A stretch of 64,000 nt of DNA from Lama glama (lineage: Eukaryota), in contig CM052824.1 of NCBI GenBank assembly GCA_028534125.1, positions 60,698,001 to 60,762,000 on the forward strand, in the 5' to 3' direction. The translations under genes and the position numbers were made by a program. The notes below the pieces were generated by a model that saw only the letters and a program-made list of their open reading frames with translations, was not told where the DNA came from and did no database searches. Each line of letters opens with the position of its first letter. Position 1 is the first letter of the stretch. Positions 21,520-36,089 of this stretch are shown here, piece after piece.

Positions 21520-22227
21520 CTGCAATGATTGCAGGCGGCGGTGGGAGCCCGTTTCTCCTCTGTGTGCCCCGCACCCTCCCCACTGGTCCCTCTGCCCAGC
21601 AGCCAAGGGGCTGGCCACCTGCAGGGCTCTTGGAATCCCCCACCAGGCAGGAGGGTTAAGCATTCCTGGTGCCCTGAAGCCCCCTTCCTTCACCCCGCAG
21701 GGTCTGCAGCCCTCAGAGGGCCCCCATGCACACGGTCACATGTGCCCATGCTCACGTTTGAACCAAGAGAGGCTCTGCTCGCCCTGCACCCCTGTGTCCG
21801 TGGGCACCAGAGGCACTGTGGGGACAGCTGGGGTTCTGGGGCTCAGTCTCCCAGGGTGGTCAATTCTGGCTCAGGGGCCTAGATGGCAAGAAGCCGCAAT
21901 GGTGGCTGGAAGGGGGCGGTGCCCTGGCTAAGCACAGCCCCCTGCCCAGGACTCTGGGGTGCACACCCGGTGCGGGTCGGCAGGGAGCTGGGCTACATCA
22001 GGACGGATTCTCTCTCCTGCTCGTGTGAAAAAGCAGTGCCCCCGCCCCATATTGTTTCCACCCCCACAACCCGGTCATGAGAACAGGCAGCCCCCGCCAG
22101 TCTGTGGTAGCCGCGGGGACCAGCCTGGGGGCGCTTTCTCCTGCTCCTCTGCAGGGGGAGAACCCACAGGGCGCGGGAAGAACTGGACACACAGACCAAG
22201 GGCGGCAGCCCTGAGCGGCCCACGCAC

Positions 22228-22347
22228 CTTGGAAAAGGTAGTCCTCGGTGTTCATGTCGGGGTTGTCGGTGATGATGTCGAAGGGGGAGCGGCCGGCCAT
22301 CATCTCGAACATCAGGACACCCAGGGCCCACCAGTCCACACTGAACC
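22228..22347 (-). CDS. PRKCZ: PRKCZ exon 14 ([40 protein letters not shown])
   Basis: Kinase subdomain IX. 120 nt with AG/GT boundaries. Confidence 0.97.
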
Positions 22348-22592
22348 CTGGAGGGGAGCGCAGGCCGTCACGCCGGGCGCGGGCCATGTGCAGCGGCCGC
22401 AGGATGGGCGTCTCCTGTTGTCCTGCCGGTCACCGGGCGGCAGGAGCCACGGTTTCCGTTTCTTGGACCAGAGCTGAGGGTGGGTGTCCCCCAGGCAGCC
22501 TGGCCCCGCCGTGTCTACTGTCCTGAGGACGCCTGTCTCTTAGCTAGCAGCCGGGCTGTGTCACGGCAGAGCCCCCGGGTAGACCAGCTGCC

Positions 22593-22715
22593 CCAAGAGT
22601 GCCCGGCCCTGTCCTCCTCCATCACACACGGGACCCCTGCCCCGGCAGGTTCTACCAAGAGTGCCCGGCCCTGTCCTCCTTCATCACACACGGGACCCCG
22701 CCCCGGCAGGTTCTA
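22593..22715. repeat. Two-copy ~62-bp tandem duplication in PRKCZ intron 13
   Basis: CCAAGAGTGCCCGGCCCTGTCCTCC..CCCCGGCAGGTTCTA at 22593-22654 and 22655-22715, with 1 substitution and 1 indel. Confidence 0.92.
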
Positions 22716-23203
22716 GACTCTGCTCTGGTCCACGGGGATAATGGCAAAGAAAATGTCTGGAAATATCTGATGGCATATTTGTGACACGCATCAACTGAAA
22801 ACAAGAGAACCCAAAACTGCGTGGGGTGTGCACACGTGCATACGTGTGCGCACACACGTGCATACACGCACGTTCTAATCTCACTCTCATTTCCCTCCTG
22901 GAGAAAGAAGGGCAGACGTGCTCCAGGGTCGGCGGGGCTGCAGGTGGTGCTGGCTGACCCACCTCTGTGGACAGTCACCGCCTGGCTCCTCCCACAGCCA
23001 CCGGGCACCGACCCTGGGTTCTGTCTTTGCTTCGTCCTCTCCTTCCCAAGCCCCTAGGGCTCTGTGATGAGAAGGATCCTGTCCAGTGACCTCCCCGGGG
23101 GACACTGAGGTGGACACACAGGACAACAGATGGGGACTGAGGCCAGATGGTGACATGGGGCTGGGAATGGAGTAAGGGTGTGTGTTTTAGTGTCACTTGG
23201 TCA

Positions 23204-24698
<1,495 letters not shown>

Positions 24699-25263
24699 GA
24701 GAGAGCATGAGTGTGTGGGGGCTACTCTTGATTTATTACCAGCCTTTCCCCCTGGAAAGATCTCTGGTGACTCACAACACTGCATGGAAGTATCTTCGAG
24801 TGAGGAAATGAGGAAAAGAGAAAAGTATGGAAAACAGGAAAGAGCGAGCCATGGAGTGGAAGTGAACGCCTACGAGGCCCGAGGCTGAGGAGGGGTGAGG
24901 ACGGGTCAGCTTCCTGAGAGCTCAAACGGTGGTCCTCATCCTCCCGCAACCAAGCAAACCCTGGCTGAGTGTCCCGGCGGGGCGGGGCGGGGCGGGGCGC
25001 GGCAGGACAGCCCCCTATGTCCACGCACGTCACTTTATAGTCGGAACTTCTCCCCATTTCGGAAACAGGGAAAAAGCCAACGCGGGACAGCGCCTTCCTG
25101 CACGCACACCCCCGTCTCTCTCGAGGGGGTCCGAGACCTTCCGGGCTCTGGCGGGTCACCTGGCAGGAGACGGCCGCGCCGCTCCCCACCCCCAGCCACC
25201 TCCCCAGACCCATCTCCCTTCCGACTCACCGCTGGGGCCCAGGGAAGGCCCGCCCCCACGCAC

Positions 25264-25350
25264 CTGGCGTGCTCCTCCGGAAGCTTCCTCTGCCTCTGCA
25301 TGTGGAACATGAGGTCACCCCCGTTCACGTACTCGATGACCAGAAACAAC
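25264..25350 (-). CDS. PRKCZ: PRKCZ exon 11 ([29 protein letters not shown])
   Basis: Kinase hinge. 87 nt, phase 2/2, AG/GT boundaries. Confidence 0.97.
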
Positions 25351-27829
25351 CTGGTGGCAGAGAGGGCCGAGGGGGCGGGGATCGCACGTGGCCACTCCAG
25401 GGAGAACCATGGGCCTGTCCTCTCTCGCGGGCGGTCACTCCTCCCAGAGGCCAGAAAGGCAGGGACCCAAGGCCGCCCACTCTGCCCCGAGGTCGGAGGG
25501 TATGGCTTAGCTCTGACCCCGACAGGGTCAAATTCAGAAGAGAAACTTTCACTTGGGCGTTCATTTCATCCAGCACAGTAATTTGCTCTCCCAATGGTGC
25601 AAGGCCTACCTTTGGGTAAAAAAAGGTACAAATAAGGCAGAGCTAGTGGCTGGAGGCCCCGTGGGGGTGGGGAGGGCGCTGTGTGGCCAGGGGGCTGCAG
25701 AAGCTCCCTAGGGAGCAGAGGCCTGAATGGTGGTGGGGGTGGGGGCTGCGAGACCACCTGGAGGCTCGGGGACCGGTCGTCAGAAGCCGGAAGGGCAGGC
25801 CCACGAGCCAGGTGAGGGGGATGACAACGTCTGGCAGTCGGATGACCACTCTGGCCGCTGTCTGTGTGGACCCCAGGGAGGGGAGGCAGTGCCCAGGTGA
25901 GAACACAGGTGGGGCGGCCGGGCGTCCAGGAGAAGAAAGGAGTGGGTGGGACCCCAGGTGGGACCTGGTGGCTGGAACCCTTCCCGAGCAGGGAGGACAG
26001 GGCAGGTCAGGAGCACTGACCAGCCACAGGAGGTCTGCGATGCCAGGCACCCCTCCTGGAGGAGGCCGGAGGGGCAGCAGGGGTCAGGGTGGGGCTGGCG
26101 TGGGGTCGCTGACATCTCCTGGACGCACACAGGGCCCTTCAGGTCTCCAAACAGTTCACCACGTGGTTAATTTCCTGATAAGCTCCTTCTCCCATTTAAT
26201 AAGGCTTCGTTTTCAAAATTAAATTCACACACAACTTTCCAGAAATACCCTGCTGAGGGCAGTTCGTGGATTTTAGGTCAACAGCTCCTCTGGGGCATCG
26301 TCAGCTCCATGGTGCCCCAGGCTGGGAGGGAGGTGGTGGGGGCACCCTGTAGGCTCCCTGGCCCCTCCAGCCCCTCCGGGTGCCAGGCCGTCTGCGTGGA
26401 GAGCCATCGGTGACACCCCGGACGGAGGGCAGAGGCCCCCTTTATACAGAGCAGGTGAACAAGCTGCAAACCACTCCCAAGTCCCACTGTGCATTTAGAC
26501 CAGAAACAAGCTCCTAAACATGTGAACAGCAGAGATGGAGACAGAAGCCTGAGCGCTGGGGGACAGCCAGAGACTCCTGGCCTGGAGGAACCCAGCTCGG
26601 CTGAGGAGGGCGGCCCCTCTGCTTGGAGAGGCTGCAGGAGCCAACCCTTCCATGGGCCCGCCTCTCTGTGAGTGAGTTTACTCTCATACGTCGTGCCTGC
26701 AGCTGCCTTCACGCAACAGCAGAGGTGAGAGATGGAACTTCACAGGCCTGGTGCAAACAGTGAGGACCAACGACAGCTGGACACTGACTGCCAGACACAT
26801 TCTGACACGTGCGCACGTTCAGTCCCGGCAGCCATCCTGGAGGAAGTGCTATGAAGGTCCTCAACCCCTGTGAAGAGGCCTCAGACCTCACAGTGAAAAA
26901 AAAAGCATTTATTCAAAACTCTGTGACTCCAAAGCCCGGGATGATATTGTCCACAATTACCAGGAACCACACTCCCTTCAGGCATCTGCCCGAGATGTTC
27001 ACCCAGAAAGGGGTGGTGGCCGCCCACGCAGGGACAGAAAGGAACATCACTCCAGAGAAAGGAGAGACACTGATGCTGGGGGACAACACCGACACAGCGT
27101 CCTGGGGGCAGAAAAGCCTCAAGGGGGCATTTAAGAGCCTAGAAAAGCAGACGCAACAGTAGTGCCTTTGTGCCCAGGGGACAGCCCGTCAAGGGGATTT
27201 TAAGAGCCGCATCCCTGTGAGGCGACACGGGGACCCTCGGCTGGTCCGCACGGGCTCCCGGGCTCCTAGGTCTCGGTAAGTCTCTGACCGGGGAACTCAT
27301 TTAATGTGCACCACGTTTGAGCTTCAAGAACAGGGCAGGACGTCTTTTCTTTTTAAAGCAGAAAGTCCTGTGTATCTAAGGGCTTTTTTTCTTCCGTTCT
27401 ACAGATCAGCGTTAGTACTACCGTCAACCATTCTTCTGAGCAAAACCCCAGCAGGGCCATCAGGTGCTGACTGACTCTGAGCACGTTGCTTTGTGTGACT
27501 CAGATGACCTGGCTGCTGTGACCAAACACCCAGAGGCCCAGGGCTGAGCTCCTCCATCTCGGGCCCCCGTGTCCTGGCACGCCAGCTCCCGGGTGGCATG
27601 GCCACAGCCCGCCTCCCCCCTGGCTCCCCGCTGTTCCCTCCCGCCCCTGACACCCCCGGCCCCTCGAGGTGCGAGCCGACAGTTTGGAACGCTAGCGTGG
27701 TTGGGTTCGGCTTCCCCGACACCAGGGCGGCCCGCGACAGCAGGCGCTGCACTCATAGCGTGGAGGCACTCCCTCGGGGTCGGGAAGGGCACAGGTGTGC
27801 CCACAACCCCCAGCCCCCAAACGCCGCAG

Positions 27830-28270
27830 GTCCTGGCGAGGTCATTAGAGAAAGAAATGAACGCAGGCATCGGCTGGGGGGGCGACAGTGTCACTGCTCA
27901 TCCAGAAACCCAAGAAAACCCCCTGAAAGTGACTGGAGGAAGAGTTCGTGAGGCAACGGGCACCACGCTGCTGCCACAGAAGGAAAGACCCTCCCTCACG
28001 TAGAAACAGAAGAGAGAAACACGCAGGACAGAAGTTAAGCGAGAAAGTGAAAAATCAGCACGAAGGAAACTTTAAAATCTGAAGGAGCAGGAGAGACGGG
28101 TAACCACGTGCCTGAGGAGGAAGCGCCTGCAGTGTCAGGACGTCTGTTTTCCTCAGGTGATTCGTAAACTTAACAAATCCCAACCAAAATGCAGCTCCTT
28201 TCCCTTCTGGAGCTGGACAGGTCGAGCCTAAGGTCCACACGGAGAAGAAAAGCGCGAAAAGGAAATCAAG
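27830..28270 (+). mobile_element. Decayed L1 ORF2 fragment
   Basis: A-rich, with L1 ORF2-like AGAAACCCAAGAAAA and AAATCCCAACCAAAAT..GAGCTGGACAGG motifs. Confidence 0.55.
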
Positions 28271-31200
28271 CAGCAGAGTGTGCCCCCATCGGAGGCTGGG
28301 TGTGCATCCAGCTCAGCTCCTCCCGCCTCCCTGCATTTTAAAACTGCGTCAAATCTTTTAAAAGAAGCCGTCCTTTCATGTGGTTTCTGATGTCATGTAA
28401 TGGTTGGCAAGAGCACAACTTCAGGCCTGGTCCTGACAGTTACTTCGACAACAGGAGCCCCCACAGCCGGCCCAAGAGAGACCCTGTCCTGGGGGGCGGC
28501 AGCCGGATGGGGCGCGGCATCGGGGCAGGCAGCAGGAGTGTGGGGCCTCCAGGTCCTCACGGGACAGCCGAGGGACACTGGCTGCACAGAGCATGGCCCC
28601 ACCTGTGCACACGCAGCAAGAACACGCCCCACCCCACCTGCCCTGGTCCAGAAGCGGCCAGGTCTCTCCAGATTTAGAAGGAACAAGGACTGGCCCTCGT
28701 GAAGGGCCATGTGCGGTCACAGCGGCAGGAGGATGCAGCACCTGGCTGGGCGGACAGAGGCCACGTCCCGAGGGTCTTCGTGGTCCAGGGCTTTGGGACG
28801 AGCTACCAACGTCTGCCCACAGCGTCTCTGGACAGCGCGGTCCACCCACAAGACCTTAAAAACACACCAACCCCCTGGAGCCCCCTGGGTGCTCCGGGTG
28901 AGTCTCGACTGCTTTGAGCGCACGGGCCTTTCCCCCACTTGTGGGTGGGCTAGCCTGAGCCGCCCGCTCCGGAGCCCAGGGGTCGGGGCTGCATTCTGGC
29001 CACTTCCCTGCCGCAGGTGCGGCGTGGGCAGGAGAGCAGGGCTGCCATGACTCTGCCCGCGCCCGCCCACTGTGTCACCCGCTGCATCACCCACTGTGGC
29101 TCTTCCTATTCTGGGTCTGAGTTATGACAGGAACGAAGTCACTGTCTCACGGAAGTGCTGTGACTCACGCTCCCAAATGAGGGGGCACCTGCCGTCTCAA
29201 GGTCGCGGACAGTTCCCACCAGGTCACACGGCCCTCTGGGTGTGTCCTCGCACCACGTGTGTCCAGGTAGCACCCCCTCTATCACCAGGGCCCCGAGCCT
29301 GTCTCCCTGATCCCTCAGCGAGCAGTCTGTGCAGCGTCAGAGCTGGGCCCCGGCTCTGCTCCCCCAAGCTGCCCCTCACCACCTGCACGTGGCCTGAGCT
29401 CTCCCTGGCTCCTGCTCCCTGGCCCCCACGTCCACGACTACCCGCTGGACACATGATCCCCTGCCGACCTCAGCACGCGGTTCTCCACGTCCAGACCTCC
29501 CCTTCCGCCCAGGGAGCTCCCTGCTTTGGTCAGTCCATCCACACTGCCTGGCATCGGCGACACAGTGTCCTCACCTCTGCTCTGAGGCCTGATGCCCCTG
29601 GGAGACATGGCCTCGCAGGGAATCTGCGGTAGCCTGGGTTCCCTGGAGCCTCAATGGCATGGAGAGCCTCGGACGCCCTCCCTTCTTCAAACCCTTTCTC
29701 CTCCTTCCCCAAGCCCCCCGCCCCAGGGACATGTCCCCGCGCCCGTCCCTCTGGGAGGTTCCTGGGCTGCGGCTCTGCCCTCCCCGGCCGACCTCGCTCC
29801 CACTTTCGGCTCACTCCCAGCCCAGGCTGAGGTCTCCTGGAGCTGCAGACAAGTCTTCAGGTGCAACTTATAGCGACTGACACACTCAGCGAGAGTGGCA
29901 GTGAGTATCTAGAAGCCCTGGAGAACCCAGAAGAATTTACTTAAGCATCTAAGTGGCACACAGCCCAGGAAGCTCCACCATAAACCAAACAAACGAGGCA
30001 CAGGGAAGACCACGTCCACGTGCGCGGAGGAACGCAAAACGAGACTCTGAGAACGGTTTCACTTTGGAACAGCGTGTTAACTGTAGGTATTTTAAGGGCA
30101 GTTTGTACCCCTGTGATCTGAGAGGTGCTGCGGTCAGGACAGGTCCCCAGAGGACACTTTCATGTTGGGGGGGGTGGGGAGAAAGGTTCAGCCACAGTCT
30201 CTTCCCTCCTGCAACAGCTTAAATGGGAACAGTTTCCCGTTCTGGTGGCTTTGCAGTTGACTGTGGCTCCTGTTTGGAAAGGATGGGTGGGCTGTGCAGA
30301 TGTGAAGCGTGGCTTGTCCACGACATGGGTGTTTGTTTTATGGTAGCGCCCACCGCGCACGTGTGGTGCTGTCACCCACTGTGTGCGCGCAGCGATACAA
30401 GTGACCGTCCACACAGTGCGCAGGGAGCACGCCAACCTGGATGGGCACCACTGGATGTGGGGAGAAGAAGAGAGATGCTTATTTTCTTCTGGCTCAGAGA
30501 CCCCCTTCGAGCAGCCAACCTTCTGAGAAGCTGCGTTTTATTCCCCAGGTTTTTGGCGGCCGCTGCCCGCAGGCACGGCCTAGAGTTTCATGGGTGCCCC
30601 CATGTCTGCTGGCGCCTCAAGGACCCAGTGAGCTCCTATGGCCCCACAGCCGGCCCTCGGGGCCGCATGCTCAGGGAGGAGCCTAGAGGGAGAGGGGCGG
30701 CCGCTGGCAGGTTTCCCAGCCCCGGAGTGAGCGAGGCAGGCGGCCGTGCACCGCCCCCGGGGGTCATCATCTGAGCCCCGAGTCCCCTGCCGCTGCCCTG
30801 ACGTTCCACCTGGCATGTGCCGCTGCCTCCCTGATTTCCCGACTCTGGTTCTGCACGGTGAACACTAGTGACGGCAGAGAGGGCCTCGGGGGGCAGTGCT
30901 GACCCCAGGGCCCGGACGCCAGGTGCTGGTCCGCTGGTCCAGAGACCCGGTACCAGCAAGGAGAAAGGCCCTCGTGGCCACAGCTCCTGTTACGAACAGA
31001 TCCCCAGGGCTGGGCCTTCCTGGCTGTAAACCCTCACATCTTAACTGAATCATCCCCGCCGGGAGCCCAGGAGGCGGCACCCCTGCTCCCCCTGCCCCAG
31101 ACCAGAGATGGGCACAGGGAGGTCGTGTGGGTCACAACGGGAGGGACTGGAATTCGGACCCCAGATGCTGGCTGCGAGGCTCTGCCTGTACCACCGGCAG

Positions 31201-32280
31201 GAGACACTGACAGGCATTGGAAAGACCGAGACCAGGACCAGCCTCTCCGGGGCACCGGGCTCTGCCGGCTCCCACCCTTCCAGGGCACCTGCTTCTGGGG
31301 TCCTCGGCCGTCTCCGAGCCACTTTCCAACTCAGTGAGTGACACGCACACGACACCGTCCCCAGACACCCACCCCTCCCGACCCCCCAGCAGCTCTGCAC
31401 CATCTGTCAGCCCGTCGCCGCGGCCCGACCGCCCAAGCGTGTGCGGGGTTTTGAGCTCTCCTCTGAGCCGGCCCTGACCTCTTACCAGTCCCTCGTTAAC
31501 TAGCAAGTCACATAAACTCTGACACCTGCTCCCTTTATATTTGTACCAAGGATGCGACTGCACCTTAAAGAAATTATTTGAACGTGACTGCCGACGAGGT
31601 TCCAGGCACCAACCGCACACCTGGGGCGCAGAAAGGCCCCGCGCGGCCCCGTCCCAGGGAGCTCTCAGCCAGCGGGGAGACAGGTATGTACACACCGGGG
31701 TCGGAGCAGCACAGAAAAACAGTCTGGGGAGACACCCTGTCCTGACCGACCAAGCTTCGGGTGCTCCTAGAGGTCACTGACAGATTCTGTGAAAGGAAGA
31801 GGCAGAGAAACCAGACGCAGACACGAGTTCCTCCTGGGAGGCCTCCCAACTGCGGCCGTCGAAGGTGGTAAACAAGCCGCCTAAGCGGCAGTCTGCGAAG
31901 CCGGTACAGCCGTGGCTGCGGCGCAGGGGTCGTGCGCACACGCCTACCGGATGCTTTCTTTTCAAGACCTGACTTAACGCACCTGGGAAACGTGACCGGA
32001 GGAGGTTTCCGGAGAGTAAGTGAGAAAGCGGAGGAGGAAGTGCGTTTGACACACCTCACCCCAGCACACTCACGCCCAACCAGCTCCTACAAACGTCAGC
32101 CCCCAGACAAAGCAAACCTGTCTTGGAATCCGTCTGGAACGGGTAGGGTTGGGGATACCCTCCCCTGGGCCTGTTCCATGATTCCAAGAGACGGCTCGGT
32201 GCCAAAGGGAGGCATGGGAAGTGCACTGGGCACAGCTTGGGGCCCCTCTGACTGCCGGGCCCTCCCAGTGGGCTCTGGAC

Positions 32281-32310
32281 AGGGCAGGGCAGGGCAGGGC
32301 AGGGCAGGGC
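32281..32310. repeat. (AGGGC)6 pentanucleotide microsatellite
   Basis: Six perfect copies. Confidence 0.95.
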
Positions 32311-33701
32311 CCGCTGGGCCACCTGGCAAAGACAGATAGAGGGACCCGGGCTGGAGCCTGGTTGCAGGGCCTTGTCCACAGGCCTCGGAGCAAGTGGGCA
32401 AGTAGCCAGGGGGCTCTGAGGCAGGAGGCGGACACTTCAGATCTGTGCTTCCCAAATCCGGTTTAGTTCCAACGTCCGGGACCTGATGGCCTGGGGACCC
32501 CCAGGAGGCTGTGGCTGCGTTTGCAGGGAGAAAATGGGAGGAATCCGAGACCCATTTAGGAGGCAGAGGCAGGGAGATCCAGGGAGGGGACAAGCGCAGG
32601 TTTGGGGGAAAGGCCAGTGTGGGTGGGAACAGGGGACTGAAGATGAGGAGAGAGGTGAGGGGGATGTGGGGGGAGCTGCTGCCCTGATTTACAGCGAAGC
32701 ACCAAGCAGATGAGCCAACACTGCAGAGCCCCGACTGCTGCGCAGAAAGGCCTCCTGCAAGGCTGGCTGGAGCCGGACCTCGCGGGGAAGCGGCTCCCTG
32801 CAGATGGGAACCGTCCCTGAGGGAGGAGCGAGGCTCGCGTGCTCACTGCTCGTGCATGAACAACGTGGTTGGCACCGAGCACCTGCTGCGCGCTGGGAGT
32901 CTGGAACGCCGACTCATGTTAGGCAGGGTGCCTACGGGACCCACCCCGATAAAACCCCTGCGACTCCCAACCACTTCTGGAGGGGTTCCAGGTGTCCCGC
33001 GGGACTCCACAGGGAGGGGCGCGGACAGCTCGGCTGGTTTCCTCCCGATTTTGCCACGTGCACCGTGTCCCTTTGCCAAATTCTAAATTCTACTTCACGT
33101 TCTTTCACAGCAACTATCTCAGCCTTGAGTGCAACGTGCAGAGTCCTGGGAGCCCTCTGAGAGAGTCACTGAGCCCGGAGGTGGGCCTCGAGGGCCCTGA
33201 CCCAGCACAGAGTCAATAATTTTTCAAGTAAACCAACCGAGTGAGTTCAAGTCATCTGGTCCCCCCTGCCCCAAAAAATCCAAACCACGTATACACTGAA
33301 TATCCTAGACCAGTAGCCCTCAAACCTTTTAAAACAGAATTCTGGTGCATTCAAGCTTGAGTGAAGCTATTAGTATTTATTAATTTATTCCACTAATCAG
33401 TATTGTCCCCAAGCACAGACACCCCCCCACCCCGCGCACAGGGACATCCAGCCCCGGCCCCACGCCTGCAGCAGCGGGGATGCCGCTGCTGAACACTTTG
33501 TGAGCAGAATCACAGCGCTTGGCTTCAGTTGCATGGGGTGTACTTCATCTGACACCAGCCAATGAGAACAGCAAAGCTGGTCTGATGCCCCCAAAGCCCC
33601 CAGATTTGCAAGAGGGCGAAGCCTACAGAAGCCTCACGCCAACTCAGCTTCCACAGAGTTTGGAGCAGAAACCAGCAGGACCCAGAAACGCCTTCTCTTA
33701 C

Positions 33702-33799
33702 CGGCTTGTGGTCTGGAAGCAGGAGTGCAGGCCGACCAGGAAAGGGCTGCTGGACGCCTGCTCAAACACGTGCTTCTCCGTCTGCACCCAGTCGATGTC
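33702..33799 (-). CDS. PRKCZ: PRKCZ exon 10 ([33 protein letters not shown])
   Basis: Translated by hand; not given as an ORF in the track. Encodes the alphaC helix. 98 nt, CAG|GAC and CG|GTAAG. Confidence 0.96.
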
Positions 33800-33934
33800 C
33801 TGCAACAGAAGCCGGGGTGAGCGCCTCACAGGCATCCTGGGGAGGGGAGGCAGGAGAGGAATGCCTTTCAACTCTGCTCGAGGGAAGACAATGCAGAGAG
33901 GAGAAAACGCCCACTAAGAAACGCACCCCCGCAG

Positions 33935-34205
33935 CCATCACCATCTCCAGCACTTCGTCCATTATCACCTTCACCACCTTGACCACCAGCATCATCACCA
34001 CCATCCCCACCATCACACGCATCCCCGCCACGAACACCATCTCCAGCACTTCGTCCATTATCACCCGCCACCTTGACCACCAGCATCGTCCCCGCCACCA
34101 ACACCATCTCCAAGACCTCATCCATTATCACCCACCACCTTCACCAGCATCACTGTCCATCCTCTCATTATCCATCCTCTGTCACCATCTCTCCCACCAT
34201 CACCA
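33935..34205. repeat. CAC/CAT-rich compound tandem repeat
   Basis: (CAY)n-like low complexity, with a ~31-bp core CACCATCTCCAGCACTTCGTCCATTATCACC at 33939, 34035 and (diverged) 34102. Confidence 0.9.
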
Positions 34206-35049
34206 GCTCCCACGCCCTGCCCATGGCAGCCTCGAGAGGTCTGTATTATCATCTCCACTCAAGATAGGAGGAAACATGGGGGAAAAAAGATAGGGTTTGA
34301 GAGGGAGAGAGAAAAAATAAATATGGCAAAGTATTGATGCTTGTTGAACTTGATCGAAAAAAAAAAAGGAGAAAACAAAGCGTGGCGGGTTTCCCACGGC
34401 TCCACACGCATCTCCTCAGCACCAGCTCCTAAGACAGGGCTGCCTCCCTCCCAAGTGCTGCCGAAACTCGGGGGAAACTCAGCTTTAGAGTCGTGATGAC
34501 TCCATGGCTTTGGTGCCACTCCAACCCCAGGAGGCAGAGCTGGACGAGGCTCCCAGACGTCCCAGGTTAAGCCTCATACCCTAGTGGTTGGGAAAGTGAG
34601 AGGGGATGGGCTGTGTCCCAAGCAGGCTGCCTCCCCTGAAGGACGCTGGGGAAATTGGCAGACCCTCAGCGAGCGTCCCGCTGGTGGGTGAGAGGCCGCC
34701 TGGCTCCTCCCGCGTGGGCTCAGGCCTGAGCCCTGTCTTCTCCTCCCTCTCTCCCAGGAGATGCCTCGGGTGGGACGGCGCCATCCGTCCCTGAGACGGA
34801 CTCCACCACCCCCTCAGCCCCACCTGCTCTGCGGTGGCCACTTGGGGCCTCAACTTGGGCGTCTCATGTCCAAAGCAGGCCTCCAACAGAGCTCTGGACA
34901 GGCCCCTGCCATCTGCTTTCCAAAGGCACCAGGTCACCAGGTGCTCAGAAAGGAAGCCCTGGAGGGTCACCAAGACTCCTCCCTGCTTCCCCACCCCTAC
35001 CCCACGTGGAGACCAAGCCCTCAGGTCTCCCACTGTGCTCCCGATGCTG

Positions 35050-35390
35050 TTGGAACAAAGCACCCAGATGCGGGCCTTAAAACCTCATAGACGTGTGCTC
35101 TCTCTGCCTGAGCAGGTGTGGATAGGCCGGGTTACCTCCAGGGCCACTCGAGGCCCTGCTCCTCCCATGCCAGCACCTCCAGCTCCTCAGTGCACCCCTC
35201 TGCCTCCCTCTTCACGGCAGCTTGTCTGGGTGTCTGCTTCTTCTTTCTGTCTCAAGTCTTTCTCTGCCTTTCTCTAAAAGGACACTTGCCCTGCATGTGG
35301 CCCCCTGAGATAATCCAGGATGATCTCCCCAAGACCCCACTTCCATGTATGCTCAAGTCACAGGTTCCAGGGGTCAGGATGTGGGGGCTC
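35050..35390 (-). mobile_element. MaLR (MLT1-like) LTR remnant
   Basis: AAAAGGACACTTG..GATAATCCAGGATGATCTC..AAGTCACAGGTTCCAGGGGTCAGGATGTGG. Confidence 0.65.
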
Positions 35391-36089
35391 CCACCACCTG
35401 GTGTCCACGGGGCACAGGGTCCCCCATAAACGCACAGTTGGCTCCCGCTCACCAGCTCCTAGACGCACGCCCTTTCGAGACCACCTCTAAGTCCCAGCTC
35501 TGCCTCTCGGCCTGCGGGAGACCACGTGAAGGTGCCAAGAAGGAATCAGAGCAGCAAGTCCCTTCTGAAAGTCCCTTCTCTAAGGGTTCTGCAAACCCGC
35601 CCTCACACATCCACTGACTCTCCAGTCGGGAAGGGGTTTGGAATCCCCTTGCTGGGCTGCTACCAGCAGTGAAGACACTGGCCAAGCACCTCTCAGAGCC
35701 TCAGCTTCTCCAGCTGTGAGGCGCAGACACCCAAACTCACTTGTGTGCTCAGCACCCAGGGCTGAGGGGCCAGCTGGGCAGTCTGTGCACTGCACAAATG
35801 CACCCTGCCGGGAGGGCAAGTGAGCTCACAGGTGCAGCCCCAGCTCTGCCCTTCACATCGCGAGCCGGGGCCGGGAGGCCTCCTGCGGCTCACGTGTCAG
35901 CAGCTCTGAAGAGTAGCAGCGTCACTGCTGCCTGGCCCAGTCATCCTTCTGCTTCTGAGAGGCGGGCCTGCAGTCAGATGTCAAAGAAAAAGCACAAGTG
36001 CGGGAAGCGAAGAGGCCTGTGAACAGGTGCCAACAGCGCTGTCACCTCGGGACGGCCAAGCGACCGCAGCGAGGTGCCACCGGTGCACA

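Noticed and set aside
33706-34293. His-rich and Thr-rich ORFs
   Set aside because: Translations of the CAY repeat, antisense to or intronic within PRKCZ.
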